From: Gracilinanus agilis
Taxonomy: Eukaryota
Direction of reading: 5' to 3'
Assembly (NCBI RefSeq): GCF_016433145.1
Contig: NC_058130.1
Location: forward strand, 115,311,873 to 115,375,872
Length of the DNA: 64,000 bases
The notes beneath the pieces are model-generated. The model was not told the DNA's origin. It made no database searches and was given only the letters and a program-made list of their open reading frames with translations. Made by a program: the position numbers and the translations under genes. Positions within the stretch are counted from its first letter, which is position 1. Every line of letters begins with the position of its first letter. This document shows, piece after piece, positions 49,330-60,950 of the stretch.

Positions 49330-49860
49330 TGCATTTAAGACCTGGAAAAGAGTTGAGGTTAATTCATCCAATCCCTACTAGTCCAAGAAATTCCATCTTA
49401 AACATTTACAGAAGGTAGTCATGTTCTCTTTTTTGGAAGCTTTACAATGAGGGGGAAACCCAGGGTCTCCCAAGGCAACCCATTTTACTTTTGGATTACT
49501 TTAATAGGTAGGAAATTTGTCCCTACAACAAGCTCTAAGGTCACCTTTCTGAAACTTCTATCCACTGTTCCCAGTTTTGCTCTCTGAGTCCTAGAAGAAA
49601 AATTCTCATTATTTTCCTACACTTGAAGACAGTCATCATACACATAGTAACTCCTCTCTTCTCCTGTCCAGCCTAAACATCCAAATTCCTTCAACTGTTT
49701 ACTGTAGGGTAAATTCTTTGATCCTCTCAAAAGGTCACATCCTTCTGGACATATTCCAGCTTTTCTATTTTCCAGAAAATGAAGTGCCCAGAATAGAATA
49801 CAATAACCCAGATGTAGCCTAATTGGGTTAAATCTAATGAAGCTATCATCTCTCTCAAAC
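49330..49860 (-). mobile_element. L3/CR1 LINE 3' relic
   Basis: AAGGCAACCCATTTTACTTTTGGA...AGGAAATTTG...AGCCTAAACATCCAAATTCCTTCAAC...GTGCCCAGAATAGAATACAATA...CCAGATGT, typical of CR1 3' ORF2. Further pieces at about 50480-50735, 52300-52370 and 57790-57990. Confidence 0.7.
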
Positions 49861-50738
49861 TACCCACAAGCATTTACAAAGTCCCTTCTATATACCTAGG
49901 ACTGAGAATAAAAAGAGAGAAATGAAATAGCCTATGCCCTCAAGGAGCTTATACTTTTTTGAGGAAAATAACAGACACGTATATCTGTTAAATGTGTACC
50001 CAGCAAATTCAAATATATGCACATATATGCAAGTATATGCAATATAATTGTGGGGGAGGAAGAGAAACTGGGGAATTCAGGAAAAGTTTTATGTAGCAGA
50101 TGGTTCTTGAATTGAACTTTGGTGGAAATAGAGGTTATTAAAAGCTGGAGGTGAGGTGATAGTTCATTCAAGGTATGGAGGAGAGGGGACGCAATAGGAG
50201 AAGAATGGAAGACAAAGGGTTTGTTACGTGTGACTCAGAACAAGAAGGTCGCTTGGCTGAACCATAGAGTTTATTTTCAAAAATAATATATAATGCTGGA
50301 AAGATACTCCTATTTTTCTTAATGTCATCTAAAATAGCCATCATTTTGCTCTCCTGATTCATTTTGAGTGTACTAAAATTCCCAAAAAGAAGCCAGGCCT
50401 GCTCAGTTCTATTTTACTGAAATTGTTTAAAAAATTTTATATATATATATATGTGTATATATATATATATATGTAGAACTTTATATTATTCTCTCTTTAG
50501 TTCTATCTCATTCCAATGTTCTAAAATGTCAACATCTCTTTTGAATATATTTTCTATGACCCAATGCATAAGCCGTCCTTTCAAGCTCTATATCATATGC
50601 AAATTTGATATCCATGCTGTCTATACTTTCATCCAAGTCACTAATTAAAGATATTGAATAGTACCTGGCCATTCATGACTACTCTTTGTGACTAGTCATT
50701 CAACCAGTTCTGAATCGTCCAGCCTGTAATATATATTC

Positions 50739-50950
50739 CCATGTTGGCGAACCTAGAGCATGCCTCCTGGAGCATGCCAGAGGGGGCTGCTCCCTTCTGT
50801 CTTTCCATAGAGGCCTGAGAACATTTCTCATGTGATCTTCCCATCTGCCCAGTAATCTAATGGGAGTGCTTTCTCCCCCAGCATCTAGGGTAAGGCAGGG
50901 GGGCTCACGTGAGGCATGAGAGTTGCAGTTTGAGCACTAGGTCTCTAAGA
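50739..50950 (-). mobile_element. hAT MITE (hAT1-like), third copy, one TIR degenerate
   Basis: Starts CCATGTTGGCGAACCTA. Body colinear with 58-243 (GGTAAGGCAGGGGGGCTCAC...GGCATGAG...GGTCTCTAA). Confidence 0.8.
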
Positions 50951-51415
50951 GTTTTTCTGTCTATTCCATAGCTCTTTATCTAAACTACAAGCAGACAATG
51001 CTAGACTTCATTAATTTTTTCCCAAGCTGTAGCCATACATGGGTTTGGGGGAATGAGACAAAGGTGCTTGAGGAAGAGAGGGCATCTAATAAAATTTCTT
51101 TTAAATTCTAACTGAATTTTTGGAATAATCGCAAACATGTATCCTTCACACCTGTAGAGTAAAAACAAAAACAAAAACAAAAACAAACAAGACCATGTCT
51201 CATTTCTGACCTCCTCAGGTAGCTTTCTACACAGCCGCCAAAATAATCTTCTAAAGACATATCTCTCTTTCTGATCTTGTCAGTATGGTACAGTGTAAAA
51301 GATGCTGGATTTGGAATCAGAAGCACGGGGTAAAAATTTTTGTTTTGTCACCTCTTGCCTATGTGTTCTTCCATAAGTCATATTTCTTCTCTGGTCTATA
51401 GTTTCCTCATTTATT

Positions 51416-51638
51416 TCTTTTTTAAATTTTTTATTTTTAAAATAAAAACCCTTATCTTCTGTCTTGGAGTCAATACTGTATATTGGCTCCAACGCAGAAG
51501 AGTGGCAAGGGCTAGGCAATGGGGGTCAAGTGACTTGCCCAGGGTCACATGGCTGAGAAGAGTCTGAGGCTAGATTTGAACCTAGGACCTCCCGTCTCTA
51601 GGCCTGGCTCTCAATCCACTGAGCTACCCACCTGCCCC
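51416..51638 (-). mobile_element. SINE1_Mdo-type SINE nested in a MIR
   Basis: T-rich tail, AAACCCTTATCTTCTGTCTTGGAGTCAATACTG...TCAATCCACTGAGCTACCCACCTGCCCC. Confidence 0.92.
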
Positions 51639-51772
51639 TTCTCATCTATTTTTAAAGGAGATGAGGGGAGATATCAATAGCTTTTCAGGTATCTTTTAGC
51701 TGCATGTCTTAGAATTTATTATTCCTATTGCTTCTAGGGAGAAATACTAAACTCCTTGGTTCAGGTGTTAAG

Positions 51773-52192
51773 CAGGGTGTGCTTGTAAATATTTAGCAAC
51801 CTAACTCTCTTTAAAAAAATATGAAGGGCAGCTGGGTAGCTCAGTGGAGTGAGAGTCAGGCCTAGAGACAGGAGGTCCTAGGTTCAAACCCGGCCTCAGC
51901 CACTTCCCAGCTGTGTGACCCTGGGCAGGTCACTTGACCCCCATTGCCCACCCTTACCAATCTTCCGCCTATGAGACAATACACCGAAGTACAAGGGTTT
52001 AAAAAAAAAAAATATGGATACACTTTTACTCTGAATTGTGAACATTTTCTTCATCACTTCCTTATGAGATAATCAACACAATAAAAAATGAATCACCAAT
52101 TTGCAGCATTTGTCAATTTCTGAGTTGTAAATGCTTATACTGAGTATTTAACAATCAGCTCCCAAATACGAGCTGGATCCCTTATACCCCCA
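51773..52192 (-). mobile_element. hAT-Tip100-like MITE interrupted by a young SINE
   Basis: Starts CAGGGTGTGCTTGTAAATATTTAGCAAC and ends TTTAACAATCAGCTC...GAGCTGGATCC...ATACCCC. Same family as 5008, inverted. TSD weak (GTGTTAAG / GGTTTAAG). Confidence 0.65.
51826..52012 (+). mobile_element. Very young SINE1_Mdo-type SINE
   Basis: TSD AAAAAAATATG(A/G)A after TT. Only about 3-4 differences from the copy at 31924. Confidence 0.97.
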
Positions 52193-52374
52193 GGTTTAAG
52201 TCTGTTCAATATTTGATTCTAATTTACTTTTCTAATCTCATTTCATATTACTTATTGTCAACATTCTATGTTACAGACTAACTGCATGATTAGCTAAAGA
52301 TACTGAATAGTATCCAGCCATTTATGAATACTCTTTTGGGAGTAGCCATTTGACCATTTCTGAATCCTCTAGAC

Positions 52375-52566
52375 CAGGGCTCGGAAACGTATGGCTCTCA
52401 AGCCATATCTGACTCCACCTCCCGACCAGCCAGTCCGGGCAGAGCCCCAGGATGGGCCCCAGGGGGCCCTTCAGCCCCCGCCCCATATTCCAGCGCCTTC
52501 AGCCTCCATCCTCCTCCTTCCACAGGCGTTTATGGCTTTCACGGCCAAAAAGGTTGCTGACCATTG
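52375..52566 (+). mobile_element. Charlie/Buster-type hAT MITE, family A copy 3 with GC-rich interior
   Basis: Ends CAGGGCTCGGAAACGTATGGCTCTCAAGCCATATCTG / GGCGTTTATGGCTTTCACGGCCAAAAAGGTTGCTGACCATTG. TSD CTCTAGAC / CTCCAGAC. Confidence 0.88.
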
Positions 52567-53399
52567 CTCCAGACCATATAGTATCTCGTCCATAGCTCTC
52601 CATCTAGCCATAAGCAGAGGAGGTGAGTTTATTCATTTTATTCCCCCAAGATGTAGCCATACATGGGACTGGAGGATGAGACAAAGGTGCCAAATCAACT
52701 TGCCATCATATGAGATAATATTGGTAAAGTGCTTACTTAGCACAATGCCTGGTACCATAATAGGTAATCAATAGTTTTACTCCCTTTGCGCTATCTCCTC
52801 ATGTAGACCTTTCAAATACCTCCTTTTCCTTTTAGACTCATCTATTTTAAGTCTTTTCTACTCTACCTACTTGTCCATTCTTTTTCCTTCCTCAAATTGC
52901 CTTAAATTTATGATTTGCCTCAATAGAAGGTAAATATTATGAGGGCAGGTATTATCTGATTTTTATTCTTTGTATCTCTAGTGCCTGGTTCAGACCCTTG
53001 CACATAATAAGTGTTCAACATTTAAGTTGATCTGAATTAAATGGTTTTGTTGAAATGTAAGCACAATTCATCCTTCCTGAGTCCTCTTAGTATAACTAAC
53101 TACTCTAGCATAAAAGACATTAAGTTTCATCTTAACTAGCTTATGCTGGCAGGCTTTGAAGAAGATTGTATTCTATCTAGTAATTCTCTGATTCCTTTAG
53201 AACCTGTTGTCCCAGAGGCCAGGATTCATATGAAATTATACTCAACTTCCCTCTTTCCTCTAGCAGAATCTTCATGATTGGTTGGTCCCTTCCCAGGAGA
53301 CTTGCATGTCTTACCATGTAGTCTTTAAAGTCAAAATTGGGGGGGGGGAGAGAAAACCTGAACACCAAATATGATATTTGGTATTATAGAGAGTAGATT

Positions 53400-53670
53400 A
53401 ATAATAACGATGATGACAACCGACATTTATACAGCATCCCTATGCCAGGTACTTTGCTAAGGCTGTTTTCCATTTATTATTTAATTTAACCCTTAGAACA
53501 ATTCTGGGAATTATGTACTGCCATTACCCCCATTTTATAGATGACGAAACTGGAACAAACAGGATTTAAATGTTACCCAGGGTGACAGCTATAAAGTGTC
53601 TGAGGCTGGATTTGAACTCAGGTCTTCATGATTTCAGGCTAGCCTCTCTGTACCACCTAGCTATGTATAA
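53400..53670 (-). mobile_element. MIR relic, near full length
   Basis: ACATTTATACAGCA...TGCCAGGTACTTTGCTAAG...CCCATTTTATAGATGACGAAACTG...GGATTTGAACTCAGGTCTTC. Confidence 0.8.
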
Positions 53671-53852
53671 CACAGAAGAAAGAGTTAGAGAAACAGCAAT
53701 AATTACTGAGAAACAAAATGCAGTTAAAAACATTCATATGCAGCAGTAATAAATAGAGTGAAGCCAAAATCCTAATAAAAGGAGGTTATTGATAGGCCTA
53801 TCTGATGCATATTAGCTATGTAACTCTGGGCAAACTGTTGAATCTCTTAGAT

Positions 53853-54054
53853 CAATGACCGGCAAACTTTTTAAAGAAGGGGACAAAGGAAAGGAAATGC
53901 TTGTCTGTCTGTCTGTTTCTAAGGCTACTCTTTGGAAATTTCATTATATTGTATCCTACTCATTGTATTCGTCAGATTAGGAATAGTGTGGCATGGCTGG
54001 CTAGAACATTTCAGGGGGCATCTGGCCTTCAGGGCCTTAGTTTGTCCATCACTG
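53853..54054 (-). mobile_element. OC1 (OposCharlie1)-like hAT MITE inserted in a CORE-SINE
   Basis: Termini CAATGACCGGCAAACT / AGTTTGTCCATCACTG. Subterminal GCATCTGGCCTTCAGGGCCTTAGTTTG resembles the recalled OC1 motif GCATCTGGCCCGCGGGCCGTAGTTTG. Perfect TSD TCTTAGAT. Confidence 0.85.
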
Positions 54055-54354
54055 TCTTAGATCTACAGATAACTTGTTAAGACTACATTTTCAGTTCAAG
54101 TACAGATCTACATCAATAGAGTTTCCTCACAAGGCATTCGTAATGTCAATAAAATCTCAAGATTAATTTAAAAATATATTACAATATAATAATAATGAAA
54201 ATATATTACAATATGAAAAAATTAATATTTTCAAGCAGCACAATAGAAAGAACACTGTACTTGGAGGTCAGAAGACCTGGGTTTGAATCCCTACTCTGTA
54301 ACTTACTACAAGAGTGATCATGAATTAGTCAATCAAGTTGCTGACTATGGTTTT

Positions 54355-54531
54355 GTTTTTTTTTAAACCCTTGTACTTTGGTGTATTGTCTCATAGGTGC
54401 AAGGTAGGCAATTGGGGTCAAGTGACTTGCCCAGGGTCACGCAGCTGGGAAGTGGCTGAAGCCGGGTTTGAACCTAGGACCTCCTGTCTCTAGGCTTGAC
54501 TCTCACTCCACTGAGCTACCCAGCTGCCCCC
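54355..54531 (-). mobile_element. Young SINE1_Mdo-type SINE
   Basis: Perfect 14-bp TSD CTGACTATGGTTTT at 54341-54354 and 54532-54545. Confidence 0.96.
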
Positions 54532-55475
54532 CTGACTATGGTTTTTTAAGAGCCTACTACTATTCAAATTCTGCCTAAGACATTTCCTAGCTGTGTGAGC
54601 CTGGGCAAGTCATTTGACCCCAATTGCCTAGCCTACCCCTTACCACACTGTTCTGTCTATTTTAAGATAGAAAGTAATTTTTAAAAGAACCTACTATATG
54701 ACAAGCACTGGTGATAACAAAGAAAGACCTTGCTCCCAAGGATCTTAAACCTTTCTAGGCTTCTATAAAATAGGCTAATAATATTTGCACTATCTCATAG
54801 ATTATTGTGGAGAAATGAGCTATTATTCTTAGTTCCACAAAAAAAGAGATAAGATGAGACAAAAAGTGGAATTCTTTTTTGTTTCATTGCCTAAACATAC
54901 AACACCTTTCTTTCTAAATTCAGGTGGACTTGTCTATTCAGTATTATTTAATTAATTTCATTTATTCAGTAAGCAGCAATGAACTAAATTCTTCCCTTCA
55001 TGGCTAAGAGTGAATGAACTTCCATAATTACTACTTGATGGTCCAGCTGTGCTACTCACTGAACCAGATTTACTGTGATTATCTATAGGATGCTGACTTC
55101 ATGGCCATTGGGAGAAGAGTTTGGTTTCCTTTCACAGTTGGCCACATCAAATTATTTGGAGGCTATTGTGTGAACAGAGACGTGGCGAAGTTTGGGGAGA
55201 AACAATGTGATGTCTATTGAAAGAGCATTGAACTTTGATTAAAATGCTCTTTATGTTCAAATCCCAGCTCCGATGCGTATTATATGGATGGTTCTATTTA
55301 AGTCAATTCCCTTAAGCTTCAGTTTCTTTTACTATAAAGTGATGATAATAATAGCTGTAGGACCTACCTATGAAGGTTGTAGGTTAACCTGAAAACACTA
55401 TTGAAAGATCAGGTATTCTTATTATAGTACATTATACCTCTTAATGCCATTGCTATGGATCATTTTATATATTTG

Positions 55476-55507
<32 letters not shown>

Positions 55508-56689
55508 TGCAATGCTGTATTTTGTATAATTGTACTTGCCTTGTTGCTTTTTATTAGACTATAGGTTGAACTGACTCACTTATTATATACTTGACAAAGC
55601 ACTTAATCTCTCAATATTCCAGGTACCTTTCTAAGAATATAAGTTGCAGAAGAAATGCCAGCTTGCATAGGTAGAGGAAATATCTTCACTGGGAACTAGC
55701 CACACCAATGAAATCAGGTCTGGCTGAAATAAAGCAAACTCCCCAAATTCTATAAAAACATGGAATATAGCTTGTCTAAAACTTTATCTCTGTGGCTAGC
55801 AGCCATACCCCAAGAGGTTCTTTTTTAATGTTTGTTGAAAGAATAAATGGATGGATAATACTATACTTTAAGAAATAACCCAACTTTCCCTGGACTCAAC
55901 AGTCAGTAGAAAAAGCCTTGCTCCAACTTAGCCATCAAATTCCCTGCAATCATTATTTCATTCTGGCTGTTAAGATATTTCTTAGACATTAGGCATACCG
56001 TCAGAGTACAAGGAAAGGAAAGCTTGTTATTTCCTCCATGTATTTTGAATCTATTGGAGTCTACAATATAGTCATGACCACCCATTGTCCAATGATCTGC
56101 CAACTTTTCTCTGCCACTGCAGAACAATGATTCTTGATGGCAGAATCTGAGAGTGGCACAGAAGTGAAATCAGGCAATCGGGTCTTAGATTCAGATTGAA
56201 TAGAATGTCACAACACATAGATGCTTACAGATGTATTTATACATAAATGTATTGAACATATATATTATATGGATACAAATATGTGTATTGCTCATGTAAT
56301 ATATGTTTTATGTGATACATATGCACATATTAATGTATTTTCCATTGGTGAGGGCACATTCTTCTCATATGAAAACTTTCTAGCCTGGAATGTTTTCTCT
56401 CATTTTTGTTAGAAATAGAATGACGAATCCTGGGCTTTCCACATGCAATTGAAAAAGCTGCAGTTGCGCCATTGTTTCATTTTCTAACATCAGAATCATG
56501 GAAAATGACACAATTACAAGGGAATTCAGATTTTTATCTAGTCCAATTTACACCTAAATAAGTAATGTTTGACAAACGATCAACCAGTTTTTGCTTTAAG
56601 ACCTTCATGGGAGTGGGAAAGTTGTTATATGGAGGCAAAAGTTAGTGGAGTCCCTCAAGGAGATGGAAGGGGTTTGTATGAGTAGCAAA

Positions 56690-56935
56690 CAGGCAGAGGA
56701 AGGTCATGCTTGTCGGGCCTAGACTCAGAAAGACTTGAGATCAAATCCAGCTTCAGATGCTAGCTGGGTGACTCTGGGTGAATTACTTAAACTTCTATCT
56801 CCCTTAGATTCCTCAAATGCAAAATGTGGATAACAATAGCACCTATCACCCAGGGTTATTGTGAGGAAGAAATGAGATAGGATTTATAAAGTTCTTAGAA
56901 TACTGCCTGATAAATAGCAGGCACTTAATAATGTC
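56690..56935 (+). mobile_element. MIR relic immediately 5' of the CIB1 retrocopy
   Basis: GACTCAGAAAGACTTGAGATCAAATCCAGC...CAAAATGTGGATAACAATAGCACCTATCACCCAGGGTTATTGTGAGGA...GGCACTTAATAA. Confidence 0.8.
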
Positions 56936-56955
56936 TTGGTCGCTTTCCTTTACTT

Positions 56956-57779
56956 AGTCAATTTTCCAAGGAGTTGCTGACAGAATACCAGGAATTAATG
57001 TCCCTGACAAAGCGGGAGGTACTCTTGGTCCACAAGAAGTATAGTGATCTGCTTCCACAAGATTCTCAGAAGTAGAAGACTCTCTAAGAACCCAAGAATC
57101 CTGTAAGCAGATCCTAACACATCTAGAACTCAAAGTTTACCTCTTCAAGGCCTGTGTTTACTGTGAGTTCTCCAGAACACCAGAAAAAGATCATCTGATT
57201 TTTGAGGTCTTGCTGGACATCTTCAGTATCGGTGCTGCAATTACCTCTAATATTAAGTCCCACCATACTTTCATTGTCTTCGATTTTAATGATCATGGCA
57301 TTTTGGAAAAAGAGGGCCTGAAGCAGCTAATGAACCATTGTCTTACTAGAGAAGGGCAGAATATTCAAGTTCAACTCAACACCTCTGAGAGAAAGCAGCT
57401 AAATGAGAATATTTTAGAAAGGATTGACATTGACAGGAATGGCACCATCAACTTTTCAGTGTTCCAGCTTGTCATTTCCTGTTCACCCAACTTTACCAGC
57501 TTCATTAAGATTATCCTATGATGGATACTTGCAGTGAATGGCTCTAGTAGCCTGACTTGGAGAAATTCTTTTCGACGTACTCCCAACATTTACAAGGCCA
57601 GATCCTTGCAAACACTGGCCATGTATGGGCTAGCCCTGGTGCTTATACTAAGCAGGCTAGACACTGGGGAGGGAAGGTACATCCAATCTATGACCTCTCA
57701 TTTCTTCATTTTTGTAATGACAACAATGTTTATAGTTATGCTGATCAATAATAAATGTGTGAAATTTTTATTTAAAAAA
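56956..57779 (+). pseudogene. CIB1: Processed (intronless) retrocopy of calcium- and integrin-binding protein 1
   Basis: 56956-57069 translates SQFSKELLTEYQELMSLTKREVLLVHKKYSDLLPQDSQ; after a 1-nt deletion at about 57070, 57072-57521 gives VEDSLRTQ...IKSHHTFIVFDFNDHG...NILERIDIDRNGTINFSVFQLVISCSPNFTSFIKIIL*. Colinear with recalled human CIB1 (about half of residues identical by eye). No introns; AATAAA at 57750-57755 and an A6 remnant at 57774-57779; MGGSG start missing. Confidence 0.92.
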
Positions 57780-58124
57780 TATAGCGACATGTAGAGGGAT
57801 AGATTCTATTACATCAAGAAGCTGTCCATTCAGCTTTGAACTATATAATAGGTAAGAAATTATTTCTGTATGTCAAGCCAAAATCTGCTTCTTTGCAAGA
57901 TCTGCCCATTTGTCATAATTCTGCCCTTTGGTGCCAAGATGTAGGAACCTAATCCCTCTTATTAATGGATCTCACCTGTCTAAACTCTTTTAGAACTTTA
58001 AGGTAGCTTTAGAGAAGAACTAGATTGCATATGAAATGATGAAATTAATAGAGCTTTTGAATAGGTCTATATCAGGAAAAGAATATAAGCTTCATGAAGG
58101 CACAATGATAGTGATGATGAGTAT

Positions 58125-58345
58125 GGCTAGTTTAAGTTTTGCAAAATATTTTACAAATATTATCTCATTGGACCCTCACAAAAATCCTGGGAGGTAGTTG
58201 CTACTATTATTTCCATTTTACATATGGGAAAACTGAGACACACAAGGGTTAAATGACTTACCCAGGATCACAAAGCTAGTACATGACTGAGACTAGATTG
58301 GAACTCAGGTCTTCTTGACTATAAGTCCTGTGCTTTATGCTCATC
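58125..58345 (-). mobile_element. MIR relic
   Basis: TTTACAAATATTATCTCATTGGACCCTCACAAAAATCCTGGGAGGTAG...GAAAACTGAGACACACAAGGGTTAAATGACTTACCCAGGATCAC. Confidence 0.85.
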
Positions 58346-58734
58346 AGTAATTTATAGCCATAGGAATTTGCCCTGAGGCACTAAGCATTGTGTCCATGGT
58401 CACATAATTAATCTGTTTTAGAAGCAGGATGTGTGAACCAAGGTGTTTTTTACTCTGAGATCCACCCTCCAGCCACCACAGTAAAATTGAATTAGGAAAC
58501 CTGAACACAAAAATCTATATGTGGTCTGACTGGCCCTGGTATAGAAAACTGCCACTTTCTTTAGTAACATTCACCTACTGTGGACATTTGAAAATTATGA
58601 GGTCTTTAATGTTATTAAATGGAATTATAATAAATCCAAGTGGAAAATATTTGCTCATGAAGATATTTAAAGAACTGTCTTAAATAAAATATTTTCCATA
58701 AAGTTGTAAAGGATTTTGTTTTCTGTTTTCAGGA

Positions 58735-58862
58735 TGACTTTTCTCTCTTCCCCCTTCCATTCCTATTTTTCTCTTTTCCTCCCTTCCTGCCTTTTTTTTT
58801 CCTTTGCGCCCTCCCTCCCCCTTTTCTTTCCTCTTGCTGCTCTCTCCATCTCTCCCACTCTC
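58735..58862. repeat. Polypyrimidine low-complexity tract
   Basis: CT-rich run read directly. Confidence 0.85.
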
Positions 58863-60124
58863 TTGGTGAACTGTCCTAGCAGGTGCAGCTATACAACCTT
58901 GGAACAGCATGTCCTAGATCCAGAAAAGGAAGGGCCCCTATCTATCAACACTCCTGATGTTAAAACGTTAGGATACTGGGCTTTGGGCCAGTATCGTCTT
59001 ATAATCTGAGGTCTCATAATATTTCAGATGATGACTGGATTTCCATGAGAATGACAATCTATTTTGAACTCCCTTTGTTGCAAGTTTTGTATAGATTATT
59101 GATGGTGTGGAAATCCTTGAAAAGAGAGTGGTTATAAGATTCTGGGTAGTCATTAAAATACACATACAAAGTAAAAGCTAACCCCAATTGAAACCAAGTG
59201 TGTCGGATAATTTAAGCAAATGTCCCCACAGCATCTAGCCTCTATGTATATACATTGTCCTTGTTACTTAACAGCTGTGTGGGGTTTGCCTTTTCTTTAC
59301 ATGTTTCATTTGATGATAATGGATGCCTGCTCTTAGCTTCCAAATACTGATTGCTATTTGGGGATGGAGTTATTGGATCTGCTCCAGTCATGTGGAATCT
59401 ATTTTGGACCCATCATGTCACACTTTAACTCTAAAATGTGCCTATTGGTGAAGGACTCTGTTTATCATCTTCTGGTACTTGGATTCACACAGAATGTGCA
59501 GTTCTGTCCTCCCACTTATCACACTTTTCTTTTACTCCAAAACATTCTTTTAGGCTTTCAGGCCCCAAGAATTCCAGCAGCAGAAGCATCAGAAAAGATT
59601 TCCTGAACTTCGTGAAATAGTTCCTGGTTCTGTTCACTTCTTTCCTTATTTTCTCCTCATTTACTCATGGCTTCTTCTCTCCAATTTTATGTGCTTTTCT
59701 TGGGAAGTATAACATATGGACAATAAGGTAGCAATTTACACTGGTTTCATATGCTAATATCTTAGCAAAGGGCTAAGTCCTTGGGTAGGACACTGGTTCA
59801 ATTCTTAGAATTGGAGAACGAGAGCTGGAAGGCATCTTAAAGGTAAAAATCTAACCCTCTCATTTTATAGATGAGGCAATTAAGGGTCAAAGTTAAACGA
59901 CTTATTCCAGGTCATGCAACAAATAAGTGCTTGAAGCATGATTAAGACCCAGGTGTTCCTAATTCCAGCCCCAACACTAAGTACCCCATGATGTCTCTCA
60001 GTTGCCAGTCCAGTAGACAGATTCTAAATTTTATAAGGTATCTTGAAAAAGAGTAATCAAGTGTTTTCTGTGAATAGCTTAGTATTCTAATTCAGATAAG
60101 CCTGAATGCCATATTGAGTGGTGG

Positions 60125-60300
60125 GAAGAGAGGAGAGGAGCAGATGGAAGGAGAGCAGAAGGCAGGGGAAAGAAAGGGAAGGGAGAAGAGAGGAGAAGAA
60201 AGGATAGAAGAAAATAGAGGAAAAGAAAGAAGAGAACATAGAGGAAGAGAATAAAGAAAAAAGAAGGGAAGAAAGGAGGGGGAAGGTCAGGACAGGGGAG
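60125..60300. repeat. Polypurine (GA-rich) low-complexity tract
   Basis: GA-rich run read directly. Confidence 0.85.
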
Positions 60301-60734
60301 CAAAGAACTAGTCCTTTAAGGAAAAGGATAGGTGTCACCTAACTAGCAATAAAATAATTAATTGGTGAGAAAAGGAAATCCCTACAGTCAATATAAGACT
60401 ACATTGATCAAATTGAACACTTTGGGTCATAGGAAAGGATACATATTTAATAGGAGATAGAGGACTATAGGGTAGCTTCTATTATGCTTGAGTCCCAGGC
60501 AATGGAGTGCATATTCCTATAACTATTCATATTTGCATCTGCCATCTTGTGTCATGATATAAGCATAGGTTCATTGAATATTTGAATCAATAATAACATA
60601 CTTCTTATTTCTATCTGTGTCCAAAAAGCCACGTCATTGGCTCATCCCAAAGAGCTTTTGGCCATGTATTTGACTTTATGATCCAATCTGTTAGGTAGCC
60701 CATCTCATGTCTGTCTTCCTGGTGGCATCATTTG

Positions 60735-60950
60735 GGGAATAGCTAACAAATTGTGGCACATGAATATACTAGGATATTATTATACTGTAAGAAACAACGA
60801 ATATGAAGAATACAGAGAAGCAGGGGAAAACTTTTATCAAATGATATAAAGTGAAGTAAGCTAAACTAGGAAATGAATAGGTATAATGACAACAAAAATA
60901 AAATGCAAAATGCAAAAATAAGGTACAAAAAATAACAAAATTGAAACTTA
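60735..60950 (+). mobile_element. Old L1 ORF2-end fragment
   Basis: GGAATAGCTAACAAATTGTGGCACATGAATATACTAGGATATTAT...GTAAGAAAC...AAGTGAAGTAAGC. Confidence 0.65.
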
